A stretch of 44,402 nucleotides of DNA, taken from NCBI GenBank assembly GCA_005793295.1, contig SXSX01000150.1, positions 1 through 44,402 of the forward strand. Direction: 5' to 3'. The position numbers and the translations under genes are program-made. This DNA comes from Burkholderiales bacterium (GTDB lineage Bacteria; Pseudomonadota; Gammaproteobacteria; Burkholderiales; Burkholderiaceae_C). Shown here piece by piece: positions 38,985 through 44,402 of this stretch. The notes beneath the pieces are model-generated. The model was not told the origin of the DNA. It searched no databases and saw nothing but the letters and a program-made list of their open reading frames with translations. Every line of letters starts with the position of its first letter. Positions within the stretch are counted from its first letter, which is position 1.

Positions 38985-39746
38985 ATGGCATTGCTTGAAG
39001 TTCAAGACCTTTCTATTTACTTTGGCGGGGTCAAGGCCGTTCAGAACGTATCTTTTAGTATCGATGCGGGCATTGTTTATGCAGTGATTGGCCCCAACGG
39101 CGCTGGTAAAACCACACTCTTTAACCTCATAACCGGCATCTACACCCCAACTTCTGGCAGCATCATTCTGGATAACCAGTCGATTGCTGGTAAGTCGCCT
39201 GATGGTTTAGCTCAACTCGGCTTGGCTCGCACGTTTCAAAATCTGCAAATCTGCATGAATATGAGCGCGATTGAAAACGTGATGGTTGGAGCCCATTTGC
39301 GGTTGGATCGCAACTTGTTCAAAGCGGCCCTACGCTGGCCCTCCATCAAAACGCGCGACCGTGATCTCCTTGCAGAATCTGCAGAATTGATGCGGTTTGT
39401 TGGACTTGATGCCTACGTTAATTCTCGTGCAGACGCCATGTCGTACGGCGCTTTAAAGCGGCTAGAAATTGCTCGGGCACTCGCCATGAAACCACGTCTC
39501 TTATTTCTTGACGAACCCGCTGCCGGTCTGAACTCCAAAGAAACCATCGAGGTAGATGCCCTCATCCGAAAAGTAGCCGACACCGGTGTAACCGTCGTAC
39601 TTGTTGAGCACGATATGAAGATGGTGATGAACCTGTCAGACCGAATTCTGGTGCTTGACTATGGAAAAAAAATCGCCGAAGGAACGGGGCCCGAAGTGCG
39701 CCGCAACCCCGATGTGATCGCCGCCTATCTGGGCGCTCACGTCTAA
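38985..39746 (+). CDS. Liv-type ABC ATPase (LivG-like)
   Basis: GPNGAGKTT, MSYGALKRLEIARAL, LDEPAAGLN. Confidence 0.92.
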   Translation: MALLEVQDLSIYFGGVKAVQNVSFSIDAGIVYAVIGPNGAGKTTLFNLITGIYTPTSGSIILDNQSIAGKSPDGLAQLGLARTFQNLQICMNMSAIENVMVGAHLRLDRNLFKAALRWPSIKTRDRDLLAESAELMRFVGLDAYVNSRADAMSYGALKRLEIARALAMKPRLLFLDEPAAGLNSKETIEVDALIRKVADTGVTVVLVEHDMKMVMNLSDRILVLDYGKKIAEGTGPEVRRNPDVIAAYLGAHV

Positions 39747-39759
39747 ACACAGCCGCAGT

Positions 39760-41076
39760 ATGGATGCACTCACAATCATCAGCCAAGAGCACAGCAATAT
39801 GTGGCGTCTGGCAGCTAGCTTAGACCATGTGGCCTCTGACGTTCAGGACGGAGCACCACTCGAGACCCCCTTTTTCGAAGCCGCGCTAGATTACATCTCC
39901 CTCTTTGTAGACCGTATGCACCACCCCAAAGAGGACGATTTTTTATTTCGCCTGCTGCGCCTGCGCAGTGCAGAAGCTTCCGAAGTGCTGGATGCCCTCG
40001 AGGCAGACCATCGCCACGGGCCAGATAATTTAGCCCAGCTGCGCGCCAAACTGACCGCGGTGTCACAGGGGCAATTGCCAAAAGAGGAATTTTCCAAAGC
40101 TGTGAAGCTTTATACCGATAGCCTTAGAGGTCACATCAAGACCGAAGAAAAACACGTGCTGCCGCTAGCGCGCAAGTTGCTTACGTCTCAAGACTGGGCC
40201 GAGATTGATCAGGCCTTTAGCAACCACAGCGACCCAGTATTTAGCGACCAATCCAAGGCTGAGTTCCGAGAATTGTTTCACCGTATTGTGAGTTTGGCAC
40301 CGGACCCCGTTGGATTGGGCGTCAGCAGCTTGTTAAGCCCTCAGTCTGGGGCTACTGCGTCGCAACAACCGTTGCTTCTGAAGGTGCAAGGGCTGGAAAG
40401 TTGTTACGGTCGCATAAAGGCCCTTAAGGGCATTGACCTAGAGGTTCGAAGAGGTGAGACGGTTGCCTTGGTTGGTGCCAACGGGGCAGGCAAGACCACC
40501 TTTTTGCGGGCGATTTCCGGTGTGCAGCCTATCAGCGCAGGCAGCATTCATTTTGATGAAGAAGACATTAGCAAGCTGCGCTCCGACAAGCGCATGCGCA
40601 GAGGTATTTGCCAAAGTCCCGAAGGACGTCAGGTTTTCGGCCCACTGTCCATTGAAGACAACCTGCGCTTGGGTGCCTACACCCAACCCAGGCACCAGGT
40701 GGCTGGTGACTTGGAAAAGATTTTTGCAATGTTCCCTATCTTGAAAGAAAAGCGATCACTTCCTGCGGGCACCTTGTCGGGTGGTCAACAACAGATGTTG
40801 GCCATTGGTCGCGCCCTAATGGGACGGCCCCGCATGGTGTTGTTGGACGAGCCTTCGATGGGCCTGGCACCACTCTTGGTGGAAGAAGTTTTCAACGTCA
40901 TCAAGACACTTAAATCACAAGGCATGACCATTTTACTGGTGGAACAAAACGCCTTTGCCGCTTTGGCCATTGCAGACCGCGGCTATGTTTTGGAAACCGG
41001 CGCGGTGACTCTTTCAGGTACGGGTGAAGAACTCATTCACAACGAGCAAGTACGTTCGGCTTACTTGGGCATGTAG
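39760..41076 (+). CDS. Hemerythrin-like domain fused to LivF-type ABC ATPase
   Basis: Residues 1-187 carry H11, H54xxxE58, H84 and H125xxxE129 (HHE/hemerythrin-like pattern). Residues 205-438 carry GANGAGKTT, LSGGQQQMLA and DEPSMGLAP. Single uninterrupted ORF. Confidence 0.88.
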   Translation: MDALTIISQEHSNMWRLAASLDHVASDVQDGAPLETPFFEAALDYISLFVDRMHHPKEDDFLFRLLRLRSAEASEVLDALEADHRHGPDNLAQLRAKLTAVSQGQLPKEEFSKAVKLYTDSLRGHIKTEEKHVLPLARKLLTSQDWAEIDQAFSNHSDPVFSDQSKAEFRELFHRIVSLAPDPVGLGVSSLLSPQSGATASQQPLLLKVQGLESCYGRIKALKGIDLEVRRGETVALVGANGAGKTTFLRAISGVQPISAGSIHFDEEDISKLRSDKRMRRGICQSPEGRQVFGPLSIEDNLRLGAYTQPRHQVAGDLEKIFAMFPILKEKRSLPAGTLSGGQQQMLAIGRALMGRPRMVLLDEPSMGLAPLLVEEVFNVIKTLKSQGMTILLVEQNAFAALAIADRGYVLETGAVTLSGTGEELIHNEQVRSAYLGM

Positions 41077-41125
41077 TCCTTTGAGCAGCTTACCGATCTC
41101 AAAATAATTTACTTTGATCAATTGC

Positions 41126-41950
41126 ATGCCTCAACCTTCTAATGATAAAAACCAAGTGAAGAACTACCAGAACATCCTTTTTGAAGTTGCAGATGGCGTG
41201 GCCCGCTTGACGCTCAATCGCCCAGACAAGCTCAATAGCTTTACTGGCACGATGCACTTTGAACTGCGTGACGCACTCGATAGCATCCAATCCGATAAGA
41301 GCATTCGCGTGCTTGTCATTACTGGCGCGGGCCGCGCCTTTTGTGCCGGCCAAGACCTGGCTGATCCTGATATGGCCATGGGGACCACAGCGCCGGATAT
41401 AGGCAACGTAGTTGAGCAAAATTACAAACCGCTGATCTTGCGTTTGCAAAATCTGCGCGTGCCTACCGTAGCCATGGTTCATGGCGTAGCGGCCGGTGCT
41501 GGTGCTAGCTTGGCGCTAGCATGCGATTTGGTGATTGCGGGAAAGTCCGCTTCCTTTTTACAGGCCTTTAGCAAAATCGGCTTGATTCCTGATACAGGTG
41601 GTACGTGGTTTCTTCCACAACGCGTGGGTATGGCGCGCGCCATGGGGTTAGCACTTCTTGCAGACAAACTACCGGCTGAAAAGGCCTTCGATTGGGGACT
41701 GATCTGGCAAGTGACAGAAGATGCCGAGCTCGTTACCACCGTGAACAAGCTTGCCGCACAACTTGCCGGTATGCCCACCAAGGCCCTGGTGCGCACACGC
41801 GCTGCTATGCACGCTGCACCTAACCACACACTGGAGCAGCAGCTCACCATGGAAGGTGGTTTTATGCGCGAGCTTGGCTGGAGTCCCGACTTTGCAGAAG
41901 GCGTTGCTGCTTTTATGGAAAAACGCGCACCGCGTTTTACCGGGGAATAA
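41126..41950 (+). CDS. paaG: Ring-1,2-epoxyphenylacetyl-CoA isomerase (enoyl-CoA hydratase fold)
   Basis: LNRPDKLNSF, GRAFCAGQDL, QAFSKIGLIPDTGGTW (Asp in place of the crotonase Glu). Start uncertain (41114, 41126 or 41156). Confidence 0.9.
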   Translation: MPQPSNDKNQVKNYQNILFEVADGVARLTLNRPDKLNSFTGTMHFELRDALDSIQSDKSIRVLVITGAGRAFCAGQDLADPDMAMGTTAPDIGNVVEQNYKPLILRLQNLRVPTVAMVHGVAAGAGASLALACDLVIAGKSASFLQAFSKIGLIPDTGGTWFLPQRVGMARAMGLALLADKLPAEKAFDWGLIWQVTEDAELVTTVNKLAAQLAGMPTKALVRTRAAMHAAPNHTLEQQLTMEGGFMRELGWSPDFAEGVAAFMEKRAPRFTGE

Positions 41951-41954
41951 AGCG

Positions 41955-43481
41955 ATGTCCCAACCCTTGTCCAAAGATGCCCTTGTAGCAGTGGTCGGTG
42001 CAGGTGCTATGGGTGCAGGCATTGCGCAGGTTGCCGCCGCAGCAGGCCACCCAGTGATGCTCTTTGACACCTGTGCAAAAGCCGCACAGAGCGCCATTGA
42101 TGGCATCCGAATCCAATTCGAAAAAATGGTGATCAAAGGCAAGATGGACAGCGCATCCGCTCAAGCTGCAGGCCTACGCCTGCAGTCCGCCTCCAAACTG
42201 TCAGATCTTGGATCTGCTGCCTTGGTGGTGGAAGCTGTTGTGGAAAACCTCACAGTCAAACAAACGCTTTTCAAAGATCTTGAAGCCTTGGTGTCTGTGG
42301 ACTGCATTTTTGGCAGTAACACTTCTAGCATTTCTATTACCGCTATCGCCTCGGTTTTGAAACATCCTGAGCGTTTCGCGGGCTTGCATTTCTTCAACCC
42401 AGCACCGCTCATGGCACTGGTGGAGGTCGTCAGCGGTCTGGCCACTTCGGCTAAAGTAGCCCACATACTTTTTGCTACGGCCACAGCATGGGGCAAGACG
42501 GCTGTGCACGCCAAGTCCACCCCCGGCTTTATAGTCAACCGAGTAGCCAGACCCTATTACTCTGAGGCACTGCGTTTACGGACTGAGGGCGCTGCAGATT
42601 GCGCCACGATTGATGCGGTTATGCGCGAGTCAGGTGGCTTTCGCATGGGACCGTTTGAGTTAATGGACATGATTGGTCTGGACGTGAACTTTGCTGTGAC
42701 TCGTTCGGTTTGGAACGCCTATTTCAACGACCCTCGCTATCTGCCTTCGCTGATCCAGCAAGAGCTGGTGGATGCAGGTTTCTTTGGCAAGAAGAGTGGC
42801 CGCGGGTTTTTTGACTACCGCGATGGTGCCGAAAAGCCCGAGCCTCAGACTGAGACGTCTCACAAAAGACCATCACGCATAGTTGTTTGTGGCGATGCAC
42901 CTGCCGCTCTTGCATTGGCCGCTCGCCTGAAAGCAGCTGCCGTAACTTTTGAGCGCGCCACATCCCCCGATGACCGTATTGCTGAAGCCGACGACGCAGT
43001 GCTGTACATCACCGATGGTCGCAGCGCCACGCAACGTTCCGCTGATAACGGCGTACCCAACGCCGTGTTAATGGACCTGGCGCTGGACTACAACAAAGCC
43101 ACGCGGACTGCTTCAACAGCTGCAGGTCAATGCAGTGAGAGCGGCTTTGCGGGCGCCTGCGCCTTGTTACAAACCTGTGGCTTTCAAGTCTCGCGTTTAT
43201 CCGATATCCCAGGACTTGCCGTTATGCGCACTGTGGCCATGCTAGCCAACGAAGCCGCCGATGCGGTCTACCAAGGTGTGTGCACACCGTCTGCGGTTGA
43301 TGACGCTATGCGTTTGGGTGTGAACTATCCGCTCGGTCCATTGGCTTGGGCCGATCAGATTGGCTTGGTCAGCATCCGCAAAGTACTCGCAAACTTGGGT
43401 GCGCTATATGGCGAAGACCGCTACCGCATTTCCCCGCTGATTCAGCAATTGGCTTTTCAAGGAAAAAATATTCATGGCTGA
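41955..43481 (+). CDS. paaH: 3-hydroxyadipyl-CoA dehydrogenase
   Basis: GAGAMGAGIAQVAA, SNTSSISIT, GLHFFNPAP, TPGFIVNRVARPYY. ATG 41955 directly follows the paaG stop. Confidence 0.92.
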   Translation: MSQPLSKDALVAVVGAGAMGAGIAQVAAAAGHPVMLFDTCAKAAQSAIDGIRIQFEKMVIKGKMDSASAQAAGLRLQSASKLSDLGSAALVVEAVVENLTVKQTLFKDLEALVSVDCIFGSNTSSISITAIASVLKHPERFAGLHFFNPAPLMALVEVVSGLATSAKVAHILFATATAWGKTAVHAKSTPGFIVNRVARPYYSEALRLRTEGAADCATIDAVMRESGGFRMGPFELMDMIGLDVNFAVTRSVWNAYFNDPRYLPSLIQQELVDAGFFGKKSGRGFFDYRDGAEKPEPQTETSHKRPSRIVVCGDAPAALALAARLKAAAVTFERATSPDDRIAEADDAVLYITDGRSATQRSADNGVPNAVLMDLALDYNKATRTASTAAGQCSESGFAGACALLQTCGFQVSRLSDIPGLAVMRTVAMLANEAADAVYQGVCTPSAVDDAMRLGVNYPLGPLAWADQIGLVSIRKVLANLGALYGEDRYRISPLIQQLAFQGKNIHG

Positions 43482-43953
43482 ACAAACTCCTGCACTGTCT
43501 GCTTCAGAAGCATTTCAGCTAGCGCAAGACGCAGCCCAGGCGATGTGGTCTCGCGACCATGTGGCGAAGGCTTTAGGTATGTCCCTAGAAGAAGTCAAGC
43601 CAGGCTATGCACGCCTTTCTATGGTGATTCGTCAGGACATGGTTAACGGCCATGCCATCTGCCACGGCGGCATGCTGTTCACCTTGGCTGATACGGCCTT
43701 TGCTTACTCTTGTAATAGCTATAACCAGAACACAGTGGCTTCCTCTGCACATATTGATTTTCTCGCCCCTTCATATATTTTCGACATGTTGGTGGCCGAG
43801 GCAACTGAGCGCTCACTAGGCGGACGGACCGGTGTCTATGACGTCACCATTAGCACGCGTACCGACACTGGCGAAATGAAAACTGTTGCTTTGTTTCGTG
43901 GCAAGTCAGCACGCATCAAGGGTGAAGTCACGGCCAGCCTCTCACAGGCCTAA
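43474..43953 (+). CDS. paaI: Hydroxyphenylacetyl-CoA thioesterase
   Basis: [22 protein letters not shown] hotdog motif, [14 protein letters not shown]. Confidence 0.92.
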   Translation: MAEQTPALSASEAFQLAQDAAQAMWSRDHVAKALGMSLEEVKPGYARLSMVIRQDMVNGHAICHGGMLFTLADTAFAYSCNSYNQNTVASSAHIDFLAPSYIFDMLVAEATERSLGGRTGVYDVTISTRTDTGEMKTVALFRGKSARIKGEVTASLSQA

Positions 43954-43997
43954 AGCACTTCCGAACATTCGAAAAATACGACCATGAGGAGATACCG

Positions 43998-44402
43998 ATG
44001 ACCGTCAAAAAGCCAATCTTCGGCGAGCTTGAAGCAATTGAAACGGCTAGCCGCGACGAGATTTCTGCACTTCAACTCGAGCGCCTCAAATGGTCGCTAC
44101 GCCATGCCTATGACAACGTGCCTTTTCACAAAAAAGCCTTTGATGAAACGGGTGTGCACCCCGATGACCTGAAGTCGCTTTCTGACCTGGCCAAGTTCCC
44201 TTTTATGACCAAGACTGCGCTGCGCGACAACTACCCCTTCGGTGTGTTTGCGGTGCCGCGCGATCAGGTCGTGCGCTTGCATGCGTCGAGCGGCACGACG
44301 GGAAAATCTATTGTGGTTGGCTACACCGCGCAAGACATTGAAAACTGGGCCAATTTGATGGCGCGTTCCATTCGTGCTGCGGGTGGGCGCAAAGGCGACA
44401 TG
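43998..44402 (+). CDS. paaK: Phenylacetate-CoA ligase, N-terminal part (runs off the window)
   Basis: Manual translation gives [42 protein letters not shown]...LRDNYPFG...[11 protein letters not shown], with an AGGAG RBS. Not in the ORF track because there is no stop in the window. Confidence 0.94.
   Translation, partial: MTVKKPIFGELEAIETASRDEISALQLERLKWSLRHAYDNVPFHKKAFDETGVHPDDLKSLSDLAKFPFMTKTALRDNYPFGVFAVPRDQVVRLHASSGTTGKSIVVGYTAQDIENWANLMARSIRAAGGRKGDM

Noticed and set aside
41751-41954. N-terminal extension of PaaH (576-aa ORF)
   Set aside because: It overlaps paaG out of frame by 200 bp; ATG 41955 gives a normal PaaH.

Overview
A 44.4 kb chromosomal segment, probably from a Comamonadaceae-like betaproteobacterium (inferred from gene order and protein style, not from a search). 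The backbone is: end of an MCP gene, rpmG-rpmB, trxB, ftsK-lolA, rarA, livHMGF, a DMT transporter, a ferredoxin-reductase/SDR pair, a PAP2 phosphatase, a glycine-zipper protein and an RND pump. Four accessory-looking catabolic modules are embedded in it. (1) A three-gene islet splits lolA from rarA: LysR, an orphan Tat-exported family-5 binding protein and a beta-hydroxyacid dehydrogenase. (2) A six-gene N-demethylation operon: non-pyrrolysine MttB-family methyltransferase, DMG-dehydrogenase-like GcvT protein and sarcosine oxidase soxBDAG, with no corrinoid partner in view. (3) A LuxR-type regulator plus a Tat-exported IaaH-like amidase with a lux-box-like palindrome. (4) The start of a phenylacetate (paa) cluster whose Liv-type ABC transporter has a hemerythrin-like di-iron domain fused to its LivF-type ATPase; this fusion is the most unusual element. 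No rRNA, tRNA, CRISPR array, integrase or transposase was seen. Several ORF-track starts were shortened using RBS evidence.
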